A DNA stretch of 63,915 bases, the filler included, from Candidatus Hydrogenedentota bacterium (GTDB lineage Bacteria > JBFMHD01): NCBI GenBank assembly GCA_040752395.1. It is 8 parts of 8 records of this genome, joined end to end, with 100 filler letters (N's around TTAATTAATTAA, not from the genome) between each part and the next. Parts side by side here need not be neighbours in the genome. Positions count along the whole stretch, not along the records: positions 6,269 to 12,424 come from JBFMHD010000167.1; positions 12,525 to 18,657 come from JBFMHD010000168.1; positions 18,758 to 24,884 come from JBFMHD010000169.1; 5 more parts are not named here. One strand, 5' to 3'. The stretch's first letter is position 1. Each line of letters starts with the position of its first letter. The notes under the pieces were generated by a model, which saw only the letters and a list, made by a program, of their open reading frames with translations, did no database searches and was not told where the DNA came from. Made by a program: the position numbers and the translations under genes. This document shows positions 10,765 through 20,128 of the stretch, in pieces.

Positions 10765-10793
10765 ATCATAGAAAAAACAGTATAAAAAGTCAA
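10765..10793 (-). promoter_or_regulatory. sigma70-type promoter of the lipoprotein gene
   Basis: TTGACT-17bp-TATGAT on the minus strand. Confidence 0.55.
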
Positions 10794-10908
10794 GCAGAAA
10801 CTTGCTTCTTGCTTTTTTTGTTATCTTGCCTTTAAATAAAGGCAAATAAATTTGCAATTTGCTTACCCAACTTTTTTATGAACTCAATCGTATTATAGGT
10901 AGCAGTAA

Positions 10909-11391
10909 ATGAATGTGATTATCGATAAAGAGACGAGGTTTACGGAAATTTATGAACGGTTTGGAGACGGGGTTTATAAATTTATTTTGTCAATGATAGG
11001 GGATTATGATGATTCAAATGATATTTTTCAGAACGTATTTACAAAAATATATGAAAAGATTGAGAGCCTTAATGATGAAAGAAACGTTAAATCTTATATA
11101 TTTACTATCACTAAAAATAAGACGCTGGATTATCTCAAGTCCAGAAAATCTCATACAATTGATATTGAATCAGCAAAAGAATTATGTACGCAAGATCCAG
11201 ATATCAACCTGCTTCTTGACTTAAATAAGGCGGTAGAAACTCTCTTCCCACGTGAAAAGGAGATATTTGAGATGAAATATTTCTTCGGGTATAAAATTAT
11301 TGAGATAGCAAATATATTGAATATCTCCGAAGGCGCTGTGAAACGATATTTGTTTGACGCAACATATAAGATCAGGGATATATTAAAATGA
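10909..11391 (+). CDS. ECF RNA polymerase sigma factor
   Basis: DIFQNVF, YIFTITKNKTLDYLK (region 2); EIANILNISEGAVKRYL (region 4). Confidence 0.93.
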   Translation: MNVIIDKETRFTEIYERFGDGVYKFILSMIGDYDDSNDIFQNVFTKIYEKIESLNDERNVKSYIFTITKNKTLDYLKSRKSHTIDIESAKELCTQDPDINLLLDLNKAVETLFPREKEIFEMKYFFGYKIIEIANILNISEGAVKRYLFDATYKIRDILK

Positions 11392-11840
11392 AAAAGTGCG
11401 ATTATTACAGAGAGCAGATCATATTAAAATTCTACGATGAAAAATTTGATGCGGAATTAAGCCTGCATTTGTCAGAATGTGATAAATGCAGAACGTTTGA
11501 ATCTGAATTAAATCAAAAGCTTAATATAAAAATTGTGAGCGTAGATTTTAACAGAATAAAATCAGATATTGTAGAAACAAAAAGGGTTCTAAAACGTTTG
11601 AGATTTGGGCTTTGGATCTTTGCTGCGGCAGCTGGTATCGTATTAACTTTTTCTTTAGTGTATTTTTATTATATATCACAACCACCTAATCAAAATATGT
11701 GGATAGCTCAAAACAAAACGAGCAAAATAATTGATGAGGGTGTTGATGATATAGATTTCAGCATATTGGAATCTGATTTTGATATGCTGGAGGAAAAACT
11801 CGATCTTTTATTAGAGGAGGACGAAAATGAAGAGATTTAA
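11388..11840 (+). CDS. Zinc-finger (HxxxCxxC) membrane anti-sigma factor
   Basis: HLSECDKC plus one TM helix; overlaps the sigma stop. Confidence 0.8.
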   Translation: MKKCDYYREQIILKFYDEKFDAELSLHLSECDKCRTFESELNQKLNIKIVSVDFNRIKSDIVETKRVLKRLRFGLWIFAAAAGIVLTFSLVYFYYISQPPNQNMWIAQNKTSKIIDEGVDDIDFSILESDFDMLEEKLDLLLEEDENEEI

Positions 11841-12231
11841 TTTTTTATCTGGTTTGATTACGTTTGTTCTAATCTTAGGATTAGCTATGCACGCAGATGC
11901 TGCAAAAAACTGGAAAGCAAAAACTAAAGATAAAACACAAGACCCAAAGATAACTGAATACAGAAACCAGCTTCAGCCCATCAGGGATGAAATTAAAGAT
12001 TTAGTTAAAGAATATCGTAAAGCAAGCGAATCAGACAAACCAGCTATTAAAACACAGATAAGAGATAAGGTATCTGAAATGTTTGATATACGTATCCAGA
12101 TGCTTGAATACCGAATTTCAGCGTTTCAAACCAAGGTTAATGAAATCAAAACAAATAAAGATTCTCTGATAGATCAGAAGCTTGATAAGTTTTTATCAAA
12201 AAGTGGGAATAAAAAGAAAAACAAAGATTAG
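11827..12231 (+). CDS. Secreted helical protein (Spy/CpxP-like accessory)
   Basis: Signal peptide ending AHA/ADA-like; coiled coil; third gene of the ECF operon. Confidence 0.65.
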   Translation: MKRFNFLSGLITFVLILGLAMHADAAKNWKAKTKDKTQDPKITEYRNQLQPIRDEIKDLVKEYRKASESDKPAIKTQIRDKVSEMFDIRIQMLEYRISAFQTKVNEIKTNKDSLIDQKLDKFLSKSGNKKKNKD

Positions 12232-12424
12232 AAATCAGTCTAATCAGTCTATAGAGTCAAAACCCATGACTTTTCAGCTGAAGCCAGTAGTCTGTAGCTT
12301 GAAGCCAACATCCTTTAAAAAATTCAGAATGCGGAATGCTGAAATGTGTAGTCATCAGTCTTATCCTGACTCACGACTCTCGACTCCCGGCCCCAAAGCC
12401 CAAAACGCCGCCCCCGAATATGAC
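12232..12424. repeat. Mosaic heptamer element, degenerate, at contig end
   Basis: GACTTTTCAG, GAAGCCAACATCCTTTAAAAAA (inverse copy at about 33891-33912), GACTCACGACTCTCGACTC. Confidence 0.8.
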
Positions 12425-12524
12425 NNNNNNNNNNNNNNNNNNNNNNNNNNNNNNNNNNNNNNNNNNNNTTAATTAATTAANNNNNNNNNNNNNNNNNNNN
12501 NNNNNNNNNNNNNNNNNNNNNNNN
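12425..12524. other. Artificial contig linker
   Basis: N44-TTAATTAATTAA-N44. Confidence 0.99.
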
Positions 12525-12960
12525 CTTACCTTTGTTCTGGATGATACATTGATACCGAAATGGGGTAAAAAAAATACACGGGTGCGGTATCCATTTCAAT
12601 CATGCGGCAAAACAAAATGAAAGCTCGTATATCTACGGACACAATTGGGTCTTTTTGGCGCTTATTCATTTTTCAAACACCGTAAGTAAATGGCTTTGTT
12701 TTCCTCTGATTTCCAGAATGTATATACCGGAAAAATCTCATACTTCCAAACAACCGTATCATTCACGTATCGATATTGGAGTCGAAATAATCTCTCGGCT
12801 TAAAAGTACGTTAAAAGCCCATTTTATTGTGGTCGCGGACGCTTTTTATGCAAAATGTGCCCTTATACGTTATTGCATTAAAGAACAGATTATCTTTATT
12901 AGCCGTTTACGTATTGATGCCGTGTTGTATGATGAGATTAAACGTCAAAAAAGTAAATGA
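12525..12960 (+). pseudogene. IS701-family DDE transposase fragment with frameshift
   Basis: VLDDTLIPKWGKK, then a frame change at the A8 run 12567-12574 to YGHNWV...VVADAFY...ISRLRIDAVLY; premature stop. Confidence 0.8.
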
Positions 12961-13109
12961 CCGTATTTTTCTCACGAATTTTTATACCTTTGCCCAAAAT
13001 CTGAAAAAAATAACTAACCTCTTAAATAGTGGCCGAATTAAAGTGAAATTTGCTTCTATTTGCCCAAATAAGCCATTTTTTGAACTTAGGTTAAAGTGCG
13101 GAACTTGGG
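12961..13109. mobile_element. Probable IS right-end remnant
   Basis: Follows the transposase relic and ends AAAGTGCGGAACTTGGG, an IS-terminus-like sequence; family not assignable. Confidence 0.35.
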
Positions 13110-13125
13110 CAAGGAGATGGTAGAA

Positions 13126-14058
13126 TCACGGACGAACGTCAAATGGTATGCCTAAAGAGCCTGGCGCACTCAAGCTGTATTTAAATCTTTTGCTCGAAGC
13201 AATAATAAGAACAAGTATTGTAAAAATATACGGCAACATATTAAGGATAAATGGTGAGATATTTGTGCCAATAGCCTGGATCCGTAACTGAACCGCATTA
13301 ATTCCACCAAAAAGATATGCACCTAAAAATGCTTTATAAGGGTCCCAACTTGAAAAAATAACTAAAGCTATCGCTATCCAACCACGACCCGATGTCATAT
13401 TCTCTATAAAAATATGAGTATAAACAATAGATAAATATGCACCACCAATGCTCGTTAAAATACAACCAGTGATAACACAAATATACCGGACCTTGATAAC
13501 ATCTATCCCAATTGTGTCAGAGGCTACAGGATTATCACCCACAAATCTTATAATAAGCCCGGCTTTTGTTTTGTATAATAGTACACCTGTTATTATAACT
13601 ATAATATAAGAAAAATAAATTAAAATATCAGCATTAAATAGTACAGCACCTAAAAATGGAATGCTACTTAAATAAGGCAAAGAGACCGGATTAAGACCTG
13701 TGATTGTCTTCCCTATCATATCTTTTCCTAAATAAGAACTTACACCCATCCCTAATATTACCATAACAAGACCAGCTACTATTTGGTTAGCACGTAAACT
13801 TATACAGAATATTGAATAGACTATACCAATGAATATTCCACAAACAATAGCTACTATTATACCTAAATAAGGGTTTTCAAAATAGAATGTTCCTATAAAT
13901 CCGGAGAAAGCGCCTATAAGCATAATGCCCTCAAGCCCTAAATTAAGTACACCGCTTCTCTCAGTTATAATCTCACCTAAAGTAGCATAAAGTATAGGGG
14001 TACCAGATTTTATAGCAGCAGCCAGCAAAATAATTAAAACAGAATAAAAGTTATCCAT
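13126..14058 (-). CDS. Nucleoside ABC transporter permease (CUT2)
   Basis: ERSGVLNLGLEGIM, GRGWIAIALVIF, MLPY motifs. Confidence 0.93.
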   Translation of the reverse strand: MDNFYSVLIILLAAAIKSGTPILYATLGEIITERSGVLNLGLEGIMLIGAFSGFIGTFYFENPYLGIIVAIVCGIFIGIVYSIFCISLRANQIVAGLVMVILGMGVSSYLGKDMIGKTITGLNPVSLPYLSSIPFLGAVLFNADILIYFSYIIVIITGVLLYKTKAGLIIRFVGDNPVASDTIGIDVIKVRYICVITGCILTSIGGAYLSIVYTHIFIENMTSGRGWIAIALVIFSSWDPYKAFLGAYLFGGINAVQLRIQAIGTNISPFILNMLPYIFTILVLIIASSKRFKYSLSAPGSLGIPFDVRP

Positions 14059-14064
14059 CTAAAA

Positions 14065-15126
14065 TTACCTGTTTTCTCGTTGGAATGTCAGAATGTAATT
14101 ACTGAATATCTCCAAGCCTAAAATCGAGAATAAAAGAGCGGCCTCAAAGATTCGTACAATCGCGGCCGGGATATGCATTGTAATCTGCATCGCATCTCCG
14201 CCTACCTCCATAGCACCGAATAAGAATGAGACTAATATTATTAATCCGATTTTTCTTTTACATAGCCACGCGATTATAATACCAGTATATCCATAGGAAG
14301 AGGAGATATCAGGCTGTAATCTATGAATAATTCCTGAGACCTCAAACATACCACATATGCCGGCAATCCCACCTGATATTAACATCACGATCACGATATT
14401 TTTAGTTATATCCATACCTGCATACAAAGCAGCTTCTTTATTACAACCAATGATTTTCATTTCATAACCAAAAGTAGTTTTATTAATAACGATATATACT
14501 ATCACAGCAATTATAAGAGAGAGAAAAACGCCGAGATGGATTCTTGAATCAAAGAAAAGTGGTAAATGGCAGTCACCGGGGAAAAAATGTGTATATGGGA
14601 ACCCATCTTTTCCTTTCCAGGGTCCATAGATAAAGTAATTAACAAATAGGATTGCGATATAGTTTAAAAGGAGTGTAGAGATGATATCATTAACATTAGA
14701 GATAATTTTTAGTAAAGCAGGGATAAGAGCCCATAAAGCGCCACCACAAAATCCTGCTAAGAACATAAGAGGTAATTTTAATTCACTCGGTATCCACTCA
14801 AGTTTTAAAGCGATAAAAGAAGCGAAAAAAGCACCGATATATAACTGACCCTCAGCGCCAATGTTCCACAACATCATAATAGCAGCGAAACAGACAGATA
14901 GTGAACACAAAATCAGAGGTGATGTTTTTACTATAACCTCAGTTAAAGCATGTTTACTAAAAAAAGCACCCCGAATTATCTCTTTATAAACATAGAAAGG
15001 ATTAAATCCCGATGCATAAAATAACAGACCTGTAATAAATAAAGAGAAGAGTATTGAAAAGAAGAGTATCTTAATGTGTATAAATTTAGATTGGTCTGTT
15101 CTTCTCTTAAATGAGAGCTTGATCAT
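14065..15126 (-). CDS. Nucleoside ABC transporter permease (CUT2)
   Basis: WNIGAEGQLYIGA, STLLLNYIA, YGYTGIIIAWL. Confidence 0.93.
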   Translation of the reverse strand: MIKLSFKRRTDQSKFIHIKILFFSILFSLFITGLLFYASGFNPFYVYKEIIRGAFFSKHALTEVIVKTSPLILCSLSVCFAAIMMLWNIGAEGQLYIGAFFASFIALKLEWIPSELKLPLMFLAGFCGGALWALIPALLKIISNVNDIISTLLLNYIAILFVNYFIYGPWKGKDGFPYTHFFPGDCHLPLFFDSRIHLGVFLSLIIAVIVYIVINKTTFGYEMKIIGCNKEAALYAGMDITKNIVIVMLISGGIAGICGMFEVSGIIHRLQPDISSSYGYTGIIIAWLCKRKIGLIILVSFLFGAMEVGGDAMQITMHIPAAIVRIFEAALLFSILGLEIFSNYILTFQRENR

Positions 15127-16675
15127 TTTTTATTCCCAGCATAAGGTTGCCGATTTTTTTAATATCTATATTTTCATTATTAAAGATACCCATTAGCTCT
15201 CCTTTAAATATCACACCGAAGCGATTACTAATAGCTAATATTTCGTCTAAATCCTCTGAGATAAGAAAGATGGTTATATTATGATTACTTGAATCAATCA
15301 GGAGTTGATGAATAAAATTAGAGGATGCGAGGTCGAGACCATGTGTTGGGTTAACAGCAATGATAACAGATGGTTTAGTAGCGAGTTCACGTGCTAAAAT
15401 CAGTTTCTGGATATTACCGCCACTTAAATGACTGAGTGGTATCCTGGTTCCAGAGCAGACCACTTTATAATCTTTTATTAGTTTTTCTGTGAAAACTTCA
15501 GATTCTTTCTTTTTAATAAAATTAAATCTCGAGAAACTGTTAGATTTATAAAATCTTAACAACACATTTTCAGTAACAGTGCAATCACTTACGCAACCAG
15601 TCTTTATTCTATCAGGTGGTATCAGAGTAACGGCTTTCTTAATTATATCTGAAGTAGAATTATTTGATATATTTTCATAGTTTATCAAAATCTCACCGTC
15701 TTCAATTTTTGTTAGTCCAAAGAGAGCTTTTGCAATCTCATCCTGACCATTACCTGAAACACCAGCAAGCCCGAATATCTCGCCCCTTTTTATTTTTAAA
15801 TTAAAATTTTTGACACTTGTAACATTACGGATATTTTTTAATGTCAGATTATTGATAACAATACTTTTTTCTATCCTGTTTTGTTCGAGACCGCGGTTGG
15901 AGTAAGGTGGGGTATGGATCGGCTCTATTTTTTCATCAAACATCAATGCAGACAATGTTTCTTTATTCACATCTGAGATAGTCAGAGTTGCAACAAGTTT
16001 ACCTTTTTTTAAAACACTTATGCGATCAGAGATTTGAAGCACCTCGTTTAATTTATGAGATATAAAAATAATTGAGTGGCCATTAGCTTTTAATTTGTTG
16101 ATTATCAAGAATAATTTTTTAGTTTCCATGGGTGTTAGAATAGATGTTGGCTCATCAAGTATTAATATTTTAGCTTCAGAGATTAAAACCTTAAGGATTT
16201 CTACTTTTTGTTGTTCACCAACTGAAAGCTCATATATTTTTCTATCTAACTCAACTTCAAGATTATATTCTCGTGATATCTCTTCTATTTTTTTTATGAT
16301 ATCTTTTCTATAGATAAGGAAAGGGAGATTCTTTAAACTGAATATAACATTTTCAAAGACAGTCAAATTTTCTACAAGCATAAAATGCTGGTAAACCATT
16401 CCTATACCGTATTTATGAGCATCTCTCGGAGAATTTATGTTTATTTTTTGTAGAAGCGGTTCGCAACCTGACTCTGTATCGATATAAATATTACCAGAAT
16501 CCGGTTTTATTCTGCCTGAAAGAATGTTCATCAACGTCGTTTTACCAGCACCGTTCTCACCTAAAAGAGAATGTACCTCAGCTCTATTTAGTGAGAAACT
16601 AATATTATTACAAGCGATTACATCCGGGAACTTTTTTGTTATGTTTTTTATTTCAAGGACAGTGGTTAATACCAT
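15107..16675 (-). CDS. Nucleoside ABC transporter ATP-binding protein (tandem NBD)
   Basis: GENGAGKT, LSVGEQQKVEILK, ILDEPT, LSGGNIQK; start moved to ATG 16675 because the upstream extension is repeat DNA. Confidence 0.93.
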   Translation of the reverse strand: MVLTTVLEIKNITKKFPDVIACNNISFSLNRAEVHSLLGENGAGKTTLMNILSGRIKPDSGNIYIDTESGCEPLLQKININSPRDAHKYGIGMVYQHFMLVENLTVFENVIFSLKNLPFLIYRKDIIKKIEEISREYNLEVELDRKIYELSVGEQQKVEILKVLISEAKILILDEPTSILTPMETKKLFLIINKLKANGHSIIFISHKLNEVLQISDRISVLKKGKLVATLTISDVNKETLSALMFDEKIEPIHTPPYSNRGLEQNRIEKSIVINNLTLKNIRNVTSVKNFNLKIKRGEIFGLAGVSGNGQDEIAKALFGLTKIEDGEILINYENISNNSTSDIIKKAVTLIPPDRIKTGCVSDCTVTENVLLRFYKSNSFSRFNFIKKKESEVFTEKLIKDYKVVCSGTRIPLSHLSGGNIQKLILARELATKPSVIIAVNPTHGLDLASSNFIHQLLIDSSNHNITIFLISEDLDEILAISNRFGVIFKGELMGIFNNENIDIKKIGNLMLGIKNDQALI

Positions 16676-16678
16676 TAT

Positions 16679-16743
16679 TTGTAACCCATCAGTTACTAGA
16701 TGGTGAAGAAATAAGAAGTGAGAAGTATCAAAAAAAGAAGCAA
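16679..16743 (+). repeat. Repeat unit also present at the asnB 3' end
   Basis: TTGTAACCCATCAGTTA...TGGTGAAGAAATAAGAAGTGAGAAGTATCA matches 5453-5525. Confidence 0.85.
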
Positions 16744-16745
16744 TA

Positions 16746-17840
16746 TTATTCTGGAATTTTACCAACGATATTATCTACAAAATAGTTCATTGATAAAAGT
16801 TCTGTATCTGTATGAGAGACGCCATCTTTAAGTATAAGTCTTCCATTCTGGTCTTTTATAGGTCCTGTAAAAATTTTATTTTTACCCAGAACTATATCCT
16901 GAGTTTTTTGTTCGATGAATACTTTTAATTCTTCAGATACGAGGTCTGTGATCGTTGCAAGTTTTACCACACCGGATTCTATCCCCCAGTAATAATCACA
17001 GGAGCTCCATATACCTTCTTTTACTCTCTTAACAACATCTATATAAATAGGCGACCAGTCCCAGATAGGGGCTGTGACATAACTTGTAGGAGCATATTTT
17101 TTGCCGTAATCTGAATCGTAACCAAATGACAATTTGCCGCGTTCCATCGCAGCCTGTAGTGGTGCTGGTGAATCAGCTCCTGTGGATATAATATCAGCAC
17201 CTATGTCTAAAAGCGAGTTAGCAGCATCTTTTTCTTTAGCAGGATCATACCAGCTGTTTATCCAGACAATGTGTACCTTGGCTTTTGGGTTCGTTTCTTT
17301 TACACCTAAAGCAAATGCATTTATAAGCCGTATAACCTCAGGTATTGGATGCGGCGCTACATAACCGATGATATTAGTCTTAGTAAGTTTACCCGACATA
17401 AGACCAGCTAAATATTTAGGTTGCTCCATTCTTCCGAAATACGTGCCGACATTAGATGCTCTTTTATAGCCTGAGCAATGCATAAAAACAACATCCGGAT
17501 ATTTAGAGGCTACGTTAATAGTTGGGTCCATATATCCGAAACTTGTTGTAAAAATTATTTTATAACCGTTTTCAGCATATTGTGTAATCACGCGTTCAGC
17601 ATCAGGTCCTTCTTTTACAGATTCAATGTAAGAGGTTTCGATATCAGGAAAGGTTTCCTGTAATTTGAGACGGCCCTGTTCATGAGCATACGTCCAGCCA
17701 CCGTCACCAATAGGACCAACATACACAAACGCAACTTTTAGTTTGGTAGCTGGTGAAATAATCTGTTCTTGTTTTTTCGCACAGGATAATAAGATACATA
17801 AACCTATAACTAAAACTAAAAATAACTTTTGTTCAGTCAT
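16746..17840 (-). CDS. BMP-family ABC substrate-binding lipoprotein (purine nucleoside type)
   Basis: Lipobox LLSC; VYVGPIGDGGWTYAH, TSFGYMD, WYDP. Confidence 0.95.
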   Translation of the reverse strand: MTEQKLFLVLVIGLCILLSCAKKQEQIISPATKLKVAFVYVGPIGDGGWTYAHEQGRLKLQETFPDIETSYIESVKEGPDAERVITQYAENGYKIIFTTSFGYMDPTINVASKYPDVVFMHCSGYKRASNVGTYFGRMEQPKYLAGLMSGKLTKTNIIGYVAPHPIPEVIRLINAFALGVKETNPKAKVHIVWINSWYDPAKEKDAANSLLDIGADIISTGADSPAPLQAAMERGKLSFGYDSDYGKKYAPTSYVTAPIWDWSPIYIDVVKRVKEGIWSSCDYYWGIESGVVKLATITDLVSEELKVFIEQKTQDIVLGKNKIFTGPIKDQNGRLILKDGVSHTDTELLSMNYFVDNIVGKIPE

Positions 17841-17898
17841 AAATAAAACTCCAATCTTTACGCCGCTACCGACCTCTTCTTTGTGTCTTATTTAAAAT

Positions 17899-18079
17899 GA
17901 GAGGTCGGGATGTCTTTGGTCCACAAACCACTTGAAATCGTGTAAAATACATTTTCCGACTACTCATCCTGTCTTTGACCCCAGACGAAATGAAGTGAAA
18001 GATGGGGGATCTTACAAGATTTTTCAGACCTTTGGGCTTCAGGATGAGCAGTCGGAGAAAAAAACTTGCCGGACCGCTC
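17899..18079. mobile_element. MITE with 9-bp target duplication (IS256/ISLre2-like ends)
   Basis: Ends GAGAGGTCGGGA and revcomp GAGCGGTCCGGCA; ATTTAAAAT at 17890-17898 and 18080-18088; inner 17-bp IR. Confidence 0.8.
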
Positions 18080-18264
18080 ATTTAAAATATACCTATAAAC
18101 AGTTGGTTATGTCAAAACTAAATTTTATAGGCGATACAAACAAGCCTTCATTCTTCTGCAAGTTCTACCCACTTTAGTTTAGTGTCTAATATCTAAGGTA
18201 TTGGTTCGTCACTTATTGGCTGGATAGTTATCAATGTTATGAATAGAAAATCGGCAATTAAGTA

Positions 18265-18293
18265 TTGACATAATTGATGATAAAAGGTATAAT
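18265..18293 (+). promoter_or_regulatory. Consensus sigma70 promoter
   Basis: TTGACA-17bp-TATAAT. Confidence 0.8.
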
Positions 18294-18321
18294 ATTATTA
18301 AAATTTAATGAGGTTCCGTAA

Positions 18322-18657
18322 ATGAAAGATGAATTAAGAGAGATATTTCAAACACTTTTTATACCTGAACTGGAAAAAATACAGATTGATATATCAGGAT
18401 TAAAAGCAACAATGACCCAAATGTCAGAACGGATATCTGACATAAATCAGCATATTATACGGCTTGATACGCGTCTTGATGAGACAAATCAACGCATAGA
18501 TGAGACAAATCAACGCATAGATATTCTTGAACAGAAACTGAGTGCAAGGATAGATGAAACAAATCAACGCATAGATATTCTTGAACAGAAACTGAGTGCA
18601 AGGATAGATGAAACAAATCAACGCATAGATATTCTTGAACAGAAACTGAGTCTAATG
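18322..18657 (+). CDS. Coiled-coil tandem-repeat protein, truncated by contig end
   Basis: DETNQRI x2, then (DETNQRIDILEQKLSARI)n encoded by near-perfect 54-bp repeats; SD GAGG. Confidence 0.8.
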
Positions 18658-18757
18658 NNNNNNNNNNNNNNNNNNNNNNNNNNNNNNNNNNNNNNNNNNN
18701 NTTAATTAATTAANNNNNNNNNNNNNNNNNNNNNNNNNNNNNNNNNNNNNNNNNNNN
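18658..18757. other. Artificial contig linker
   Basis: N44-TTAATTAATTAA-N44. Confidence 0.99.
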
Positions 18758-18856
18758 TCTAGAACACTCAAAAATATAAGAGATATTCCAGATAGCCTCT
18801 CTTCACCTAAGCTTGTAAGCACTATTATACACTATTGCTTTCTTTATCACTCTTTT

Positions 18857-18884
18857 TATTTACACAATTTTTCTATTGACATCC
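18857..18884. mobile_element. IS end remnant
   Basis: Identical to 3391-3418; near a contig start. Confidence 0.55.
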
Positions 18885-19171
18885 CCTTCTTTTTCCCATA
18901 TTTCTTAAGTCTCAAGACAAATTCAGAGTCTTCTGCACAATAGAGGGATTCATCAAATCCACCCAAATCTTTGAATGTTTCCTTTTCTGTAAAGATTAAA
19001 CCTCCCCATGATACCCGATAACCACATACCAGGATATTTTGTTATACAGTATGAATTCATAGGAAATTTGATTTGACATAGTTAAGCGAAGAATAGAGAA
19101 AATAGCAGAAAAAGTCAAGATGAAATTAAAGTCGTGAAATTATTATGGCCGCAAAGTCTTTGAGAAAAGAG

Positions 19172-20128
19172 TTAATATTTAAATGTAGCTGAGACTGAAA
19201 GAAAATTGCTCCTTAGTGAGTCATAATCAGTTGAACCAGGTAAGTCACAACACCCAAAGTCAAGGCTTAAATCTTTATAATTGATACCTATCCCACCACT
19301 TAATATCCCTTCCTCAATACCAAAACGTAATTTAATTGAGTCCCTTAACCTATACTCTAACCCCGCACCATAATAATCATCAATATCATTGAAAGTATAA
19401 CTGATGCTGAGTGTTATGTTATCACTTTTTTCATTAAATCCGAAATCAAACGCGAACCCTAAAGAAATATCGTGTGGAATTTTTTCAGATATTTTATTTA
19501 TCTTTATTGATTGTTCTGCAAGATTCCGAATAACGATACCAAATCTTTTTTTATGATCAGAAGAGATATTACCTGCCAGACCAAAAGATATATCAAAGAC
19601 CGAATCTTGATAAGTAAATAATCTCTGATGATAATAATTTATTGAAGCACCTATATATAATTTATTCAATTTTCGCATATAGCTTAAAACCGCTAAATCC
19701 TCGGTCATTGATGCTATGCCTGTGATTGAACCAAAAGCATCTGTAGTATAAATATTATTGCTTTCCAATCTGGTGCATAAAATCCCCAGGCTTTGTTCTC
19801 CCTCAGATTTATTAAACCATGTTATTGGCGTGCCATAAGCAAAGTAATATATATCTTCATCTTTATGCAGTTTCATTGAGCCGAGTATAAGCTCAGAATT
19901 CATAGACACAAACGATGCAGGATTAAAATAGATTACGCTTACTGAATTATCAAGGGCTATTGTGCTGTTGCCCAGAGACTGTTCACGCGGGAACGAGGCA
20001 AAATCCCTGACAATAAGAGGCACACCACCCTCCCGACCTGCTTCAGGATAGAGTGCGTTTCCAAAAAAAGATTGCAATATAATTTGAATGATAATTAATA
20101 AACAGATATAAAATTTTTTCATAGGCAT
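19172..20128 (-). CDS. PorV/PorQ-family outer-membrane beta-barrel
   Basis: Signal peptide; PREQSLGNSTIALDNSVSVIYFNPASF matches the PorV/FadL-type N-terminal motif; beta-strand C-terminus ending TFKY. Confidence 0.8.
   Translation of the reverse strand: MPMKKFYICLLIIIQIILQSFFGNALYPEAGREGGVPLIVRDFASFPREQSLGNSTIALDNSVSVIYFNPASFVSMNSELILGSMKLHKDEDIYYFAYGTPITWFNKSEGEQSLGILCTRLESNNIYTTDAFGSITGIASMTEDLAVLSYMRKLNKLYIGASINYYHQRLFTYQDSVFDISFGLAGNISSDHKKRFGIVIRNLAEQSIKINKISEKIPHDISLGFAFDFGFNEKSDNITLSISYTFNDIDDYYGAGLEYRLRDSIKLRFGIEEGILSGGIGINYKDLSLDFGCCDLPGSTDYDSLRSNFLSVSATFKY

Noticed and set aside
12182-12424. ORFs 12182-12472 and 33834-34055 with similar peptide (LKPTSFKK..MRN.E)
   Set aside because: Translations of the same non-coding repeat module; no coding hallmarks
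17841-18180. Purine riboswitch before the BMP transporter
   Set aside because: No purine-aptamer consensus recognisable; the structure has TIRs and a TSD
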